The notes under the pieces: model-generated
Told to the model about the DNA's origin: nothing
Seen by the model: only the letters and a program-made list of their open reading frames with translations
Database searches by the model: none
Assembly (NCBI GenBank): GCA_944392795.1
Contig: CALXXX010000019.1
Location: 15,916-79,915 of the forward strand
DNA: 64,000 nucleotides
Source: an uncultured Alphaproteobacteria bacterium
GTDB taxonomy: Bacteria > Pseudomonadota > Alphaproteobacteria > CAAHEQ01 > UBA3637
Direction of reading: 5' to 3'
Shown here: positions 9,570-19,572 of the stretch, one piece after another
Position numbering within the stretch: the stretch's first letter is position 1
Layout: every line of letters begins with the position of its first letter
Program-made: the position numbers and the translations under genes

Positions 9570-10646
9570 ATGAAGATGGAATTATCAAGTATTGAAAATG
9601 AACTTTTTATGGCGATTGATCGAGGAAATGTTTCAGAGGTTGAGAAATATTTAAAGGCTGGAGCAGATTTAACCGTTGTTAATAATCAGAGAGATAATGT
9701 TTTACATACGTATTTTAAGTCACTTTTAACAGCCCGTAAACCGTTTGAAGTGAAACAAAGTTATTATGAAGCTAACGGAGGGACATCTCGAGAAGTAAGT
9801 GTGCTGAATACGAATTGGCAACGGGAATTAAATCGTCGTCGGTTAATTTTTGATGTGTTGCTTGAGCACGTTCCAGTTGAGTTATTAAATGCTCGAGATA
9901 AGGAAGGTTTTACGCCTCTTTTACGCGCTGTTGAGATGTCTTTTCCTTATGAAGCCAAACGGCTTTACTTTAAAGGTGCTGATTTATCTTTGCGGACATT
10001 AGATTATCATTTTGGTGTTTTGGAAATGGCGACTTATCAAAACGATCTTCCAATGTTGGACTTTTTTTATCAGGAGGTTCAAAAAGCAAAGGCTCAGCAA
10101 AGTTCTTTGTCAGAAGAAACGAAAAATATTCCGCAGTCGTCTTTTTACAGACATCGTAATTTAATGATGGTTGCTTGTATGAAAGGGAATATTGAGGCAT
10201 TAAAATATCTTTATCAGGCAGAGCCAGAGCGTGTAAATGATCAAGATTCCTATGGGGATACAGCAGCACAGGTATGCCTTAGAACAGATGCATACGGTTA
10301 TTGGGTTCGATTGCATGCAGCTTCGTTGGAACCAAAGGTGAGCCGAGGTCAGCTTTTATGCTTGGATTTTTTATTAAGTAAAGGCATTAGAGTAGATCTT
10401 AAAAATTTAGAGGGTCGAACGCTTTTAGACTGCGTTCGTTTCCAACAACTGCCCTGTCAAAGTCGTGTTGAAGAATTGTATAAAGCTCAAACAGGTTATT
10501 TACCAAAAGATGTGAGAGATATTCAGAAAATTCGTCAACAGCAAATAAATCGAGTGGCTGCTTTAAAACAAAATGAGATGGCTATTCAACGTCGTAAAGC
10601 GTATTTAGCTGCTTTGCGGAAAAGAAATCTAGAATATGGTGAATAA
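9570..10646 (+). CDS. ankyrin-repeat-containing protein
   Basis: Several ANK-like modules (LKAGADLTVVNNQRDNVLH; EGFTPLLRAVE; YFKGADLSL; LLSKGIRVDLKNLEGRTLLD). No signal peptide. Eukaryote-like repeat fold. Confidence 0.6.
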   Translation: MKMELSSIENELFMAIDRGNVSEVEKYLKAGADLTVVNNQRDNVLHTYFKSLLTARKPFEVKQSYYEANGGTSREVSVLNTNWQRELNRRRLIFDVLLEHVPVELLNARDKEGFTPLLRAVEMSFPYEAKRLYFKGADLSLRTLDYHFGVLEMATYQNDLPMLDFFYQEVQKAKAQQSSLSEETKNIPQSSFYRHRNLMMVACMKGNIEALKYLYQAEPERVNDQDSYGDTAAQVCLRTDAYGYWVRLHAASLEPKVSRGQLLCLDFLLSKGIRVDLKNLEGRTLLDCVRFQQLPCQSRVEELYKAQTGYLPKDVRDIQKIRQQQINRVAALKQNEMAIQRRKAYLAALRKRNLEYGE

Positions 10647-10680
10647 GAAACCAGCTCAAGGTTGTCCTTGAGCTGGTTCT
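10647..10680. other. perfect 13-bp inverted repeat (AACCAGCTCAAGG-ttgt-CCTTGAGCTGGTT) between convergent genes
   Basis: Seen directly. No flanking T-tract on either strand, so an intrinsic-terminator role is uncertain. Confidence 0.5.
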
Positions 10681-10713
10681 TACAGAGGAATGAGAATACG
10701 ATAAAATTAGATG

Positions 10714-11313
10714 TTAAAAGTAGTATTGCATACCGATTTTAACATCGCTGTATCTGACGTTTTCTTCTATTTTTGAGCCAGTTGCAACGGATTCAACCTT
10801 TGCTTTACCCAAATCAGAGAAGCGATACCCCAGATCTAATGTGACACAAGGTGTTAATGCATATTCTACACCAGCGCCAACATTCCAGGCAAAATTACTT
10901 TTGCCCTTCCCTTTATATGCGCCTTTGAAACTGTCAGTCTTGTTATAAGAATATCCGACGCCTCCGGTTGCATATACAGAGAACTTGTCATAGACAGGAT
11001 AGCTGGCATAAACATTTGCCATAGCTCCCATTGTCCACATATCAGCTTTGCCGACTTCTGTGTCAGCGTCTTTAAACTTTTGCTTGCCCCATGGACGCCA
11101 TTGAGCTGTTAAATCCGCTTTAAAGTATTCATTCATGCGGAAGCCGACACCAGCATCAAAAACAGCAGCTTCTTCAGTGTTTTTCATACCAATGGCGTAA
11201 CCACCATCAACCCGAACATACATATCATCAAAATATGTTGTTTGTGCGTTGGCTGATGAGGCCATCGTTATTGCTGCGACTGCAGCGAAAGTTGATAAAA
11301 GATACTTCTTCAT
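10714..11313 (-). CDS. 8-strand-type outer membrane beta-barrel protein (Omp25/Omp31/hemin-binding-protein-like porin family)
   Basis: Signal peptide ending ANA-Q. Alternating amphipathic beta-strands. C-terminal aromatic ..MQYYF. Size about 200 aa. Confidence 0.7.
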   Translation of the reverse strand: MKKYLLSTFAAVAAITMASSANAQTTYFDDMYVRVDGGYAIGMKNTEEAAVFDAGVGFRMNEYFKADLTAQWRPWGKQKFKDADTEVGKADMWTMGAMANVYASYPVYDKFSVYATGGVGYSYNKTDSFKGAYKGKGKSNFAWNVGAGVEYALTPCVTLDLGYRFSDLGKAKVESVATGSKIEENVRYSDVKIGMQYYF

Positions 11314-11530
11314 TTTTAACTCCTTTTTAAAATAAGATATGAAGTACAACACGGATTACTTTAACAATAAAAAAAAGAGCTTGTCTACTACAAAAAGTTG
11401 AAAAATTAAAAAATAATAGAAACTTATGCGTGTTGTCATATTGTGATATGAATTTTCTTTTTTCCCTTGCAGTTTTAGGGCTTTTTACATAAACTAGAAG
11501 GTGATATCGAGACAAAATAAGGAAATAAAA

Positions 11531-11980
11531 ATGAAAAATGAAGAAATTTTACGTCAGATGCTCGAATCTCAAGAGCAATTTTATTGGCAAGTAACAGGCT
11601 CTATTGCTGATTGGAAATATAACCCTTTTTATCTAATTTTGACGATTGCGACATTGGGGTTATTTTTAATTCCATTACATTTGTATCGGACATATCGATA
11701 TTATGTTTTAACTTCTACGCGGCTGATTGTTATTTCTGGGATTTTAGGTCGCACTGTTGATGAGATAGAATTATTTCGTATTGTTGACTCGAAAACAGTT
11801 CAGTCATTAACAGATCGATGGGCTAATCTGGGAACGATTATTGTTTCTTCAACGGATAAGACGGGCATTGCCGTTATGAAAAAAATACCTTTTCCGCACG
11901 ATGTTCGAGATTCTTTGCGAGCTATTTATTATGAGGCTCGAATGAAACAAGGCACAGTCTTATTAGAGCCGGCGAAATAG
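11531..11980 (+). CDS. PH-domain (bPH_2 / YdbS-YdbT-like, DUF304) membrane protein
   Basis: Two TM helices followed by the ..RTYRYYVLTSTRLIVISGILGRTVDEIELFRI.. motif typical of the bacterial PH domain. Confidence 0.55.
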   Translation: MKNEEILRQMLESQEQFYWQVTGSIADWKYNPFYLILTIATLGLFLIPLHLYRTYRYYVLTSTRLIVISGILGRTVDEIELFRIVDSKTVQSLTDRWANLGTIIVSSTDKTGIAVMKKIPFPHDVRDSLRAIYYEARMKQGTVLLEPAK

Positions 11981-11982
11981 AA

Positions 11983-12726
11983 TTAAGATTGGCGATTTAA
12001 CCAACTACCGATAGTAATTGGCGTTGGCAATAATTGAAATCGACTGTCATCGGGATAGTGAGTTTCGACGAAATCACGAGGCTCGCTCATAAACCAACGT
12101 TCATCAATACTACGATTACGGCGTTTACGGGTTGCTTCACGACTTCCGGCCTCTCTTTTTTTAATTTCGCGCTGATGTTGACGATCGGAGCCGACATCTT
12201 GCAGAGCATTGATGTCTCCGCGCATTGCCCATACAGGATCGACCAGTTCCCATTTTCCATTGATTTTTATAACATTCCAGTCATGACGGTATTCTTCCAT
12301 GTTGCGAGAAGAAATACCTCGTCCGGCATAACCAGAAACAGTCATAGAATCTAAACCAGCCATGCTTGCCATTCTTTGATATAACTCGGCAAAATCTTTT
12401 GCGACGCCGATACGAGTCACAAAGATATCACCTGTTGTTAAGTTCAGTTTGCGAGCCGCACGAGGGGTATAAGCATGTTCAATAATTGCTTTACTTTTGT
12501 ATGCATCATAATCAACATTATAAACAATCCAAGCCAACAAGATGCGCGCTTTATCCTCATCAGAGGTCAAATCTTTTGTTAAATAACTGACTAATTGAGG
12601 CAAGGTTTTTTCATATTGAGAGGGGACAGATTGTGCTTTTCTATCAATATTCCTGTAATTTTTGGCATAAGCCGGTATTGAGCTCAAGAAAATCAAAGAA
12701 AGTAGGACAAGAATATACTTTTTCAT
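11983..12726 (-). CDS. secreted transglutaminase-like superfamily protein
   Basis: Sec signal peptide. Core resembles a transglutaminase/Cys-protease-like fold (..D.A.LYQ.MA...G......GYA.G......H.WN..). Confidence 0.5.
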   Translation of the reverse strand: MKKYILVLLSLIFLSSIPAYAKNYRNIDRKAQSVPSQYEKTLPQLVSYLTKDLTSDEDKARILLAWIVYNVDYDAYKSKAIIEHAYTPRAARKLNLTTGDIFVTRIGVAKDFAELYQRMASMAGLDSMTVSGYAGRGISSRNMEEYRHDWNVIKINGKWELVDPVWAMRGDINALQDVGSDRQHQREIKKREAGSREATRKRRNRSIDERWFMSEPRDFVETHYPDDSRFQLLPTPITIGSWLNRQS

Positions 12727-13586
12727 AAATTTTCCTCTTGTTTTTTTGGCGTTCCGGTAATACGAATCCGGCGAATATGAGACGGATCCGAGCTTAAAAT
12801 AGTGAATTTAAGACCGCTGGACGGGTGATGAATGACTTCTCCTTTCGCCGGGACACGTCCGGCCAAGTTAGCAACCCATCCACCGATTGTATCAATATCT
12901 GGATTTTCTCGTTCTTCTTCTGTTGCGATCGGACCTAAAAGTTCTTCCACGTCTTCCAGGCGAGCTTTAGCATCAGCTTCAATGACACCTTTTTTGATTT
13001 CTTCGATAAGTGTTTCTGTCGGTTCATCATGTTCGTCATCTATTTCTCCTACAATCAGTTCCAATAAATCTTCCATGGAGACAAGACCATCTGCTCCGCC
13101 ATGTTCATCAATCACAATAGCCATTTGGATTTGGTGACTTTGCATTTCTTTTAATAAATCCAAAGCTCTCATTGCTGGAGAAATAAATAGAATGTCTGAT
13201 TGTATCAACTCTTTAACAGAAGCTTTCTTTTTTTCCATTAACGAAAATAAAATATCTTTTACATTTAAAATACCGACGATATTGTCTAAAGAACCTTCGA
13301 AAACGGGATAGCGTGTAAACTTTTCTTTTAAAATGTATTTATCAAGCTGAGCTCTTGTAATATTCGAAGGGACAGCAGCAATATCAACACGTGGTGTCAT
13401 AATGTCATGGACACGAACATCTCGTAAGCGAAAGATATTCTTTAACATTGGGATTTCACGTTGATCAATCAGTTGTTGTTCGCCTCTTTCTTCTCGTTCA
13501 TCAATGATTTGTTCTAAAGCGTCTAAAACAGAATCTTCTTCTTGTTTATGACGTCTATTTTCTCTCATTTTTTCAATAAATGACAT
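12723..13586 (-). CDS. corC: CBS-domain / CorC_HlyC transporter-associated protein (TlyC/CorC family)
   Basis: Tandem CBS pair followed by the CorC_HlyC C-terminal domain. Downstream of ybeY, as in the conserved phoH-ybeY-corC block. Confidence 0.85.
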   Translation of the reverse strand: MSFIEKMRENRRHKQEEDSVLDALEQIIDEREERGEQQLIDQREIPMLKNIFRLRDVRVHDIMTPRVDIAAVPSNITRAQLDKYILKEKFTRYPVFEGSLDNIVGILNVKDILFSLMEKKKASVKELIQSDILFISPAMRALDLLKEMQSHQIQMAIVIDEHGGADGLVSMEDLLELIVGEIDDEHDEPTETLIEEIKKGVIEADAKARLEDVEELLGPIATEEERENPDIDTIGGWVANLAGRVPAKGEVIHHPSSGLKFTILSSDPSHIRRIRITGTPKKQEENL

Positions 13587-14028
13587 TTTTTTCCTCTTGA
13601 TATGGATCGTTAAATCCCAGCTCTAACATTTTCAGAGTTTCTAGTTGTTCCATTTTCTCAGCGTCTTCTTCTAAGATATGGTCATATCCCAGCAAATGCA
13701 AGCCGCCATGCAGGATTAAATGGGCTGTGTGAGCCTCTAAAGTTAAGTTTTGTGTTTTCGCTTCTTTCTGACAGGTTTCTAAAGCGAGGATAATATCTCC
13801 TAAAGGCGCCATTGGTACATCTGTCGGAGGTAAAGGGAAACTCAGCACATTTGTTGGTTTGTCAACATGACGATAAGTTCGATTAAGCGTATGTACAAAA
13901 TCATCATCCGCCAGAACAACACTGACCTCATGTTGAGATAAGTCAATAATCGAGTCGAGAACACGGCGTACTAATGCTCGCACATGAGGTAATTTTTGTC
14001 GCCATGTTTTTTCTCGGAGTTGTATCAT
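13573..14028 (-). CDS. ybeY: endoribonuclease YbeY (rRNA maturation factor)
   Basis: H..LHG.LHLLGYDH metal-binding motif. Long ORF 13573..14223 trimmed to ATG 14028 (MIQLREK..) to give the canonical length of about 150 aa. Confidence 0.85.
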   Translation of the reverse strand: MIQLREKTWRQKLPHVRALVRRVLDSIIDLSQHEVSVVLADDDFVHTLNRTYRHVDKPTNVLSFPLPPTDVPMAPLGDIILALETCQKEAKTQNLTLEAHTAHLILHGGLHLLGYDHILEEDAEKMEQLETLKMLELGFNDPYQEEKNVIY

Positions 14029-14035
14029 CAAACCA

Positions 14036-14986
14036 TTATTCGGCATTTTGATTTTTGTTCCTAGCATCGTAAGCTTTAACAATTTTAGAGACGAGACCGT
14101 GTCTGACCACATCTTTTTCAGTAAATTCGATGACTTTAATTTCCGGGATATCACGGACGACTTGAACTGCATCGGCCAGACCGGAAGTGACCCCTCGCGG
14201 TAAATCGGTTTGAGATAAGTCACCGTTAATAACCATCCGAGAACCTTCTCCCAAACGAGTTAAGAACATTTTCATCTGCATAGGGGTTGTATTTTGGGCC
14301 TCATCTAAGATAACGACGGCATGAGCTAAAGTTCGTCCGCGCATATAAGCTAAAGGTGCGACCTCAATTTCACCACTTTCAAGTTTTTTATCGACTTGAT
14401 CTGCCGGCAACATATCATATAAAGCGTCATAAAGCGGGCGTAGATATGGGTCGATTTTTTCTTTTAAATCCCCCGGAAGGAAGCCTAAATTTTCTCCGGC
14501 TTCTACAGCAGGACGCGTTAAAATAATTTTTTCGGCGCGGCCTTCCAACATCATGGACACAGCTTTTGCGACAGCTAAGAAGGTTTTACCTGTTCCGGCT
14601 GGTCCTAAGCCGAATACCATTTCGTATTGATTCATGGCTTCGATAAAATCAGCTTGAGTTTGTGTGCGAGGATTGATGTGGCGTTTTTTCGTTCGGAGTG
14701 TTAAATCTTCCGAACCAGCAGATGAGGTTCCTCCCATAATTTTTTGAAGAGCTCGACCAATATCTTCATTTGTAATATCTCCGGCTGTTCGAGCTCGTTC
14801 GTATAACAAGTCTAACAAATCGGATACCATGGGGACATCACGAGAAGAACCTTCAATTGTCACCTGATTACCACGCATATGCATGGTGACACCCATATCT
14901 GTTTCGATTTGTTTTAAGTGACTGTTTTGTGGTCCTACAAGGCCTGAAAACGCGCGATTGTCTTGAAATTCTTTAGTAATTTGCAT
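14036..14986 (-). CDS. phoH: PhoH-like ATPase (YbeZ)
   Basis: Walker A GPAGTGKTFLAVA. PhoH family core. Conserved position between miaB and ybeY. Confidence 0.9.
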   Translation of the reverse strand: MQITKEFQDNRAFSGLVGPQNSHLKQIETDMGVTMHMRGNQVTIEGSSRDVPMVSDLLDLLYERARTAGDITNEDIGRALQKIMGGTSSAGSEDLTLRTKKRHINPRTQTQADFIEAMNQYEMVFGLGPAGTGKTFLAVAKAVSMMLEGRAEKIILTRPAVEAGENLGFLPGDLKEKIDPYLRPLYDALYDMLPADQVDKKLESGEIEVAPLAYMRGRTLAHAVVILDEAQNTTPMQMKMFLTRLGEGSRMVINGDLSQTDLPRGVTSGLADAVQVVRDIPEIKVIEFTEKDVVRHGLVSKIVKAYDARNKNQNAE

Positions 14987-15007
14987 GATATTTCCCTTTT
15001 TATATTA

Positions 15008-16336
15008 TCAAATAGTTTCTCCGGATAAGCTACTGGCAGTGGCAGCAGAAATATGTAATGTGACAATATCTCCCAGCCTGTCTTCCGGCAAAGAGACATG
15101 TACATTCTGAAGATAAGGGCTATAACCGTTGAGTTGCCCTTTTTGTTTGCCGCGTTCTGTAAGCAGAACAGGCAAATTTTTGCCGACAAAAGTTTGATTA
15201 TAGCTTTTTTGTAATTCCAAAAGTTTTGCTTGTAAAATTGAGAGGCGTTCTGTTTTAATAGCCTCTGGAACTTGATTTTTCATGAGACTAGCAGGAGTTC
15301 CGGGTCTTGGAGAATATTTAAAAGAATAACTTTGAGCATAGCGAACTTTATCTACCACAGCCAATGTTTGTTCAAAATCTGAATCGGTTTCGCCCGGGAA
15401 ACCAACGATAAAATCGGAAGAAATCGCGATATCCGGTCTGGCCTTACGTAATTTTTCAACGACTTCGAGATATTGCGCGACACAATAGCGACGGTTCATC
15501 TCTTTGAGGACTTTATCACTTCCGGCTTGAATAGGTAGGTGAATATAAGGCATTAACTTTGGAATATCTCGATGAGCCGCAATCATTTCATCCGTAATAT
15601 CGACTGGATAACTGGTTGTATAACGAATGCGTAAAAGGCCATCCATCTCAGCCAAACGTTCAATGAGTTGAGCTAAATGCCAAGTCTTACCATCAAGGCC
15701 TTCGCCATGCCAGCAGTCCACATTTTGTCCAAGCAGCATAATTTCTTTAGCTCCCGTATCAACTAATGCTCGTGCTTCGTTTAAGACAGCTTCAGCAGAG
15801 CGAGAGTACTCGCACCCTCGCGTATAGGGAACGACACAGTAAGAGCAAAAATTATCACATCCTTCTTGAATAGCTAAGAACGCCGTGCATCCATGAGAAG
15901 TTGGTTGAGCTAAAGCGTCAAATTTTTCAATACTGGTAAATTCGGCGATAGTTTTACGACCATTTTTACGATTGAATTGTGTGATAAGCTCTGGCAATTT
16001 ATGATATGACTGAGGTCCAACGGCAATATCGACACTATGTGCTTTTTTTAAAAAAGCGTCCCCCAAAGCTTGTACGACACATCCGGCGACTGCAATCAAT
16101 GTTTCTTGACCTTTCTTTTTGCGTTCTTGTTTGATTTCCTGAAAGCGTCCAAGGCAAGAAAATACTTTATCAGCTGCCTTTTCTCGAATATAACATGTGT
16201 TGACCATCAACAAATCTGCTTCTTCAGGTTTTTGAGTTTCTTCATAGCCTAGGATGGCTAACGCATCCAGTATTCGTGTACTGTCGTAGACATTCATTTG
16301 ACAGCCCATGGTATTCATAAAAACTTTTTTAGTCAT
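15008..16336 (-). CDS. miaB: tRNA-2-methylthio-N6-dimethylallyladenosine synthase
   Basis: MTTase N-terminal Cys triad. Radical-SAM motif CDNFCSYCVVPYTRG. C-terminal TRAM domain. Confidence 0.92.
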   Translation of the reverse strand: MTKKVFMNTMGCQMNVYDSTRILDALAILGYEETQKPEEADLLMVNTCYIREKAADKVFSCLGRFQEIKQERKKKGQETLIAVAGCVVQALGDAFLKKAHSVDIAVGPQSYHKLPELITQFNRKNGRKTIAEFTSIEKFDALAQPTSHGCTAFLAIQEGCDNFCSYCVVPYTRGCEYSRSAEAVLNEARALVDTGAKEIMLLGQNVDCWHGEGLDGKTWHLAQLIERLAEMDGLLRIRYTTSYPVDITDEMIAAHRDIPKLMPYIHLPIQAGSDKVLKEMNRRYCVAQYLEVVEKLRKARPDIAISSDFIVGFPGETDSDFEQTLAVVDKVRYAQSYSFKYSPRPGTPASLMKNQVPEAIKTERLSILQAKLLELQKSYNQTFVGKNLPVLLTERGKQKGQLNGYSPYLQNVHVSLPEDRLGDIVTLHISAATASSLSGETI

Positions 16337-17078
16337 TCGTTTGTCCTTCGCCTGTTATGCGTTGTTTAAGTTTGCTGACTTCCAGCAATCGACGAGCGGG
16401 ATCCGGTTTTCGTCCACGAGGATAAAGTGTATCTGAAAAAGAAGCAAATTCTTTTTCGGAAAGGACATTTTTAGCCGTTTGTAGCAGTTTATCTTCTTTC
16501 CAGGCAGAGGCTTGTCGTATGGCTTGTTCTCGGGCAGACTTACCATATCGACTTTCTAATGTTGGTAAAAGGCGAACGGCTTCTGGGTCTTGTGTTGCGC
16601 CGGCGGGATAGAACCATTTATTATCGGCTTTTTCAGCGGCTAACAACATCCAAGCATAAGCAGACATTTCTCTTTTCTGAGGAGGTAAAACAGTATCAGT
16701 ATTTTGCGCTTTTAAATCTTGAATTTTATCTTCATATTCTTTTAAAGCGTTTTGTCCTGGCGCTCCCATGCGTTCTACTTCCATCATTAATTGAGCTAAT
16801 GCTCGTTGAGCAGAGGCTAAGCCATTTTCAGCGGCAAAACGATAGTAAAAGAGAGCCAGCATAATATTCTGTTGTGTTCCTGTCCCCGTTTGATACATTT
16901 TCCCCAAAGCGTATTGAGCATGTGGATCATTTTGTTCTTTTGCACAGTTTTCGTAAACTTGGCGAGCTTGTTTATGATGTCCGCGCTTTAAATAAGCATC
17001 TCCGAATAAACAAGCAGCATTTGCCGTTAAAGACAATATTGTAAAAGTTGAAAGGAATAACAGAAATCTTCTTTTCAT
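16329..17078 (-). CDS. Sel1/TPR-like repeat protein with signal peptide
   Basis: Sec signal. Sel1-like motifs (AQYALGKMYQTGTGTQQN...A..YYRFAAENG.ASAQRAL). Confidence 0.6.
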   Translation of the reverse strand: MKRRFLLFLSTFTILSLTANAACLFGDAYLKRGHHKQARQVYENCAKEQNDPHAQYALGKMYQTGTGTQQNIMLALFYYRFAAENGLASAQRALAQLMMEVERMGAPGQNALKEYEDKIQDLKAQNTDTVLPPQKREMSAYAWMLLAAEKADNKWFYPAGATQDPEAVRLLPTLESRYGKSAREQAIRQASAWKEDKLLQTAKNVLSEKEFASFSDTLYPRGRKPDPARRLLEVSKLKQRITGEGQTND

Positions 17079-17878
17079 GATGACTCAGCCTTTTTAAAGG
17101 TAATATCAATTCGACGTGTTTGTAAACTCATGGGTTTTATTTTGGTTTCGAAAGGCAAGACTTCTCCGGGGGAAACGATTTCTTTTACAGGAGCAAGAGT
17201 TTGTTCTCCTGTTTTTTCCCCGGTGCTGTTTGTTAGGATTAGATGGATAAAGGGCATTTTTCTATCTGTATCAGAGGTGTTAACGACGGCTCCTTTAACC
17301 AATAAAGTTGGTACATCATCTTCTTTCATGACGTCGAAAAAAGTGTCTTTAAAATCAAGTCCTGTCCCAACAGGTTCTGTCTGTAATCCGAAACGTTGAT
17401 AAAAAGGCTGAGTAAAGGGAAAACGTCGTGCAATATAAAATCGAGCGGCGATGATCAAAGACAAAAGCATGAGCAATATAAGAAAAAAAATGATCAATTT
17501 TTGACAATAATGATGTTTGGGTGTTGGTTCTTCTATTGGCATAAAAGCATCCGGCATTTCTGATAATGGTTCGGATAATGGATTTTCTGTCAGAAAGGAG
17601 GGTATTTTTTGAGTGAAACAAGGTTTTTGTTCTTCCTCGAGAACGGCGGCAACATCTTTTCGTTCATTTTCGTCTAATTGATCGGGCGTTACAGAAGATG
17701 TGGCAGGTTTTAAATTTTCTGCCAGAGCCGTTTGTGTCATATCTGGTTCTTCATCGGATTGTGTTGTTTGCTCAAAAGTATAATTACAGGCTTTGCAGTG
17801 AAAAACCTGTTTCCCCGGCTTGATTTTATCAGCTGGGACATCATAAATACGATGGCAATTTGGACACATTGTGAACAT
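17075..17878 (-). CDS. zinc-ribbon (MJ0042-type) / DUF3426 membrane protein
   Basis: N-terminal CPNCH..(x)..CKACN zinc ribbon. Central acidic/Pro-rich linker. One TM helix and a C-terminal DUF3426-like domain. Conserved position upstream of ftsE. Confidence 0.6.
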   Translation of the reverse strand: MFTMCPNCHRIYDVPADKIKPGKQVFHCKACNYTFEQTTQSDEEPDMTQTALAENLKPATSSVTPDQLDENERKDVAAVLEEEQKPCFTQKIPSFLTENPLSEPLSEMPDAFMPIEEPTPKHHYCQKLIIFFLILLMLLSLIIAARFYIARRFPFTQPFYQRFGLQTEPVGTGLDFKDTFFDVMKEDDVPTLLVKGAVVNTSDTDRKMPFIHLILTNSTGEKTGEQTLAPVKEIVSPGEVLPFETKIKPMSLQTRRIDITFKKAESS

Positions 17879-17963
17879 TAAAGTATTGCTCTTTTTTTTA
17901 AAATGTTTTACTGTCTTTATACGATAAATGAAAATAAAGCATTTGACAAGGGTGAAATAGAAA

Positions 17964-18692
17964 ATGTTGACAAGGTCCTCTTTGTTGCCGGTTGTGGACT
18001 TTCATCGGGTCTTTTTGAAGTATGAGAATGGCCCGGAAGTGTTAAAGAATATCCAATTTTCATTGGAACGAGGCTCTTTTCATTTTGTCACGGGGGATAG
18101 TGGGGCCGGTAAAACAACTTTACTGAGCTTAATGTATTTAGATCAGCGTCCGACATCGGGTCGTATTCAACTTTTCGGTCAAGATTTATCTGAAGTCAAA
18201 CGTCGTAAGATGCCTCTTTTGCGGCGGAGAATCGGCGTTGTTTTTCAGGATTTTAGATTATTGGATTATTTGACAACCTTTGATAATGTTGCATTACCTC
18301 TTCGAATCATTGGGATGCGAGAATCGGAAATAAAAAAACGAGTTCTTGAACTGTTGGCGTGGGTTGGTCTTGAAAAGTGTGTTGATCAATTTCCCGTAAC
18401 GTTATCTGGCGGAGAAAAACAACGAATTGCGATTGCACGTGCAGTTATCAATCAACCGGATTTATTATTAGCAGATGAGCCGACTGGTAATGTAGATGAT
18501 GCAATGGCCGGAAGAATTTTGCGATTGTTTTTAGAGTTAAACCGTCAAGGAACAACACTTTTAATAGCGACACATAATCAGTCTTTGATCCGTCAATTTG
18601 GTATGCCGCAATTACATTTGGCTCAAGGTCATTTAGAGCTGATACCACCCGCTTTGAGTTATCCAACGGAGGAAAATGATGTTCAGCCGTAA
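17964..18692 (+). CDS. ftsE: cell division ATP-binding protein FtsE
   Basis: Walker A GDSGAGKTT. ABC signature LSGGEKQR. Walker B LLLADEPTGN. Confidence 0.9.
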   Translation: MLTRSSLLPVVDFHRVFLKYENGPEVLKNIQFSLERGSFHFVTGDSGAGKTTLLSLMYLDQRPTSGRIQLFGQDLSEVKRRKMPLLRRRIGVVFQDFRLLDYLTTFDNVALPLRIIGMRESEIKKRVLELLAWVGLEKCVDQFPVTLSGGEKQRIAIARAVINQPDLLLADEPTGNVDDAMAGRILRLFLELNRQGTTLLIATHNQSLIRQFGMPQLHLAQGHLELIPPALSYPTEENDVQP

Positions 18693-19572
18693 ACGAGCTT
18701 TACCTTTTCATGAAAAATCCAGTTTCTTTTTATCTTGGATGACAATGTTGATGGTTTTTATTGCCTCTTTAACATTGTTTGGTAGTTTAAGTTTAACGAA
18801 TATTATCCAAACGTGGAACAGAGCTGTTGTTGGTTCTTTGACTATACAAGTTCCGACTTATGAAATTTCTGGAGAGCCTAGAGAAGAGGCCCTTCATACT
18901 GATTTAGAAGTTATTACCTCTCTTTTGGAAACAACGCCAGGTGTAGCCTCTTTTCATGTTCTGACGGATACAGAAATGGCTACTTTGATGGAACCATGGT
19001 TGGGAGTGCTTGATAAAGTTGAAGATTTGCCTCTTCCTAAGCTGATTGATGTCCGTTTTTCAAAAGAACAGCATTTTGATTTTGCCGCATTTCAACAAGC
19101 TTTAGAAACATCTGCTCCTGCGGCTCAGGTTGATTCCCATCGGATGTGGTTGACTCATTTGATTGAGATGGCTCGAGGCATTCAAAACATGATTTTATTT
19201 GTTTTAATTTTGTTAATTTTAACAACTTCTTTTACGGTTGTTTACACGACATTGTCGAGTCTGGCCGTTCAAGGGAGTGTTTTAAAGTTGCTTCATATGA
19301 TGGGGGCTAGAGATACTGCAATTGCTTTACAATATGCGGCGCGTAGTTTTGTAAAAGCATTTGTGGGCGGATGTGTTGGTTTTGTTTTAGCCTTACCCAT
19401 CGTGTGGGTTGTGTCAAGTATGATCAATCCCTTACAAGAGCCGCTTTTAGCTTCAGGTCGGTTTGAAGCCATACAATGGTTAATCGTGGCTTCTGTTCCG
19501 ATTTTGGCGGCTATTTTATCTTTTATAACCGCATTTATAACTGTGCTGAAAAATTTAAAGGCTGCAATATGA
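18676..19572 (+). CDS. ftsX: cell division permease-like protein FtsX
   Basis: Follows ftsE with overlap. N-terminal TM, periplasmic domain and a C-terminal 3-TM bundle. Confidence 0.8.
   Translation: MMFSRKRALPFHEKSSFFLSWMTMLMVFIASLTLFGSLSLTNIIQTWNRAVVGSLTIQVPTYEISGEPREEALHTDLEVITSLLETTPGVASFHVLTDTEMATLMEPWLGVLDKVEDLPLPKLIDVRFSKEQHFDFAAFQQALETSAPAAQVDSHRMWLTHLIEMARGIQNMILFVLILLILTTSFTVVYTTLSSLAVQGSVLKLLHMMGARDTAIALQYAARSFVKAFVGGCVGFVLALPIVWVVSSMINPLQEPLLASGRFEAIQWLIVASVPILAAILSFITAFITVLKNLKAAI

Noticed and set aside
12832-13137. 101-aa Ser/Pro-rich ORF on + strand (and similar antisense ORFs such as 12034..12354, 1357..1602, 17130..17399, 30799..31122)
   Set aside because: Antisense to well-supported genes (corC, transglutaminase-like, lipoprotein, Zn-ribbon, leuS remnant). 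They have low-complexity composition typical of antisense frames and no RBS.
13573-14223. Long 216-aa version of ybeY overlapping phoH by 190 nt
   Set aside because: YbeY is about 150 aa. The N-terminal 65 residues are low-complexity and overlap the PhoH C-terminus. The internal ATG 14028 gives the canonical protein.
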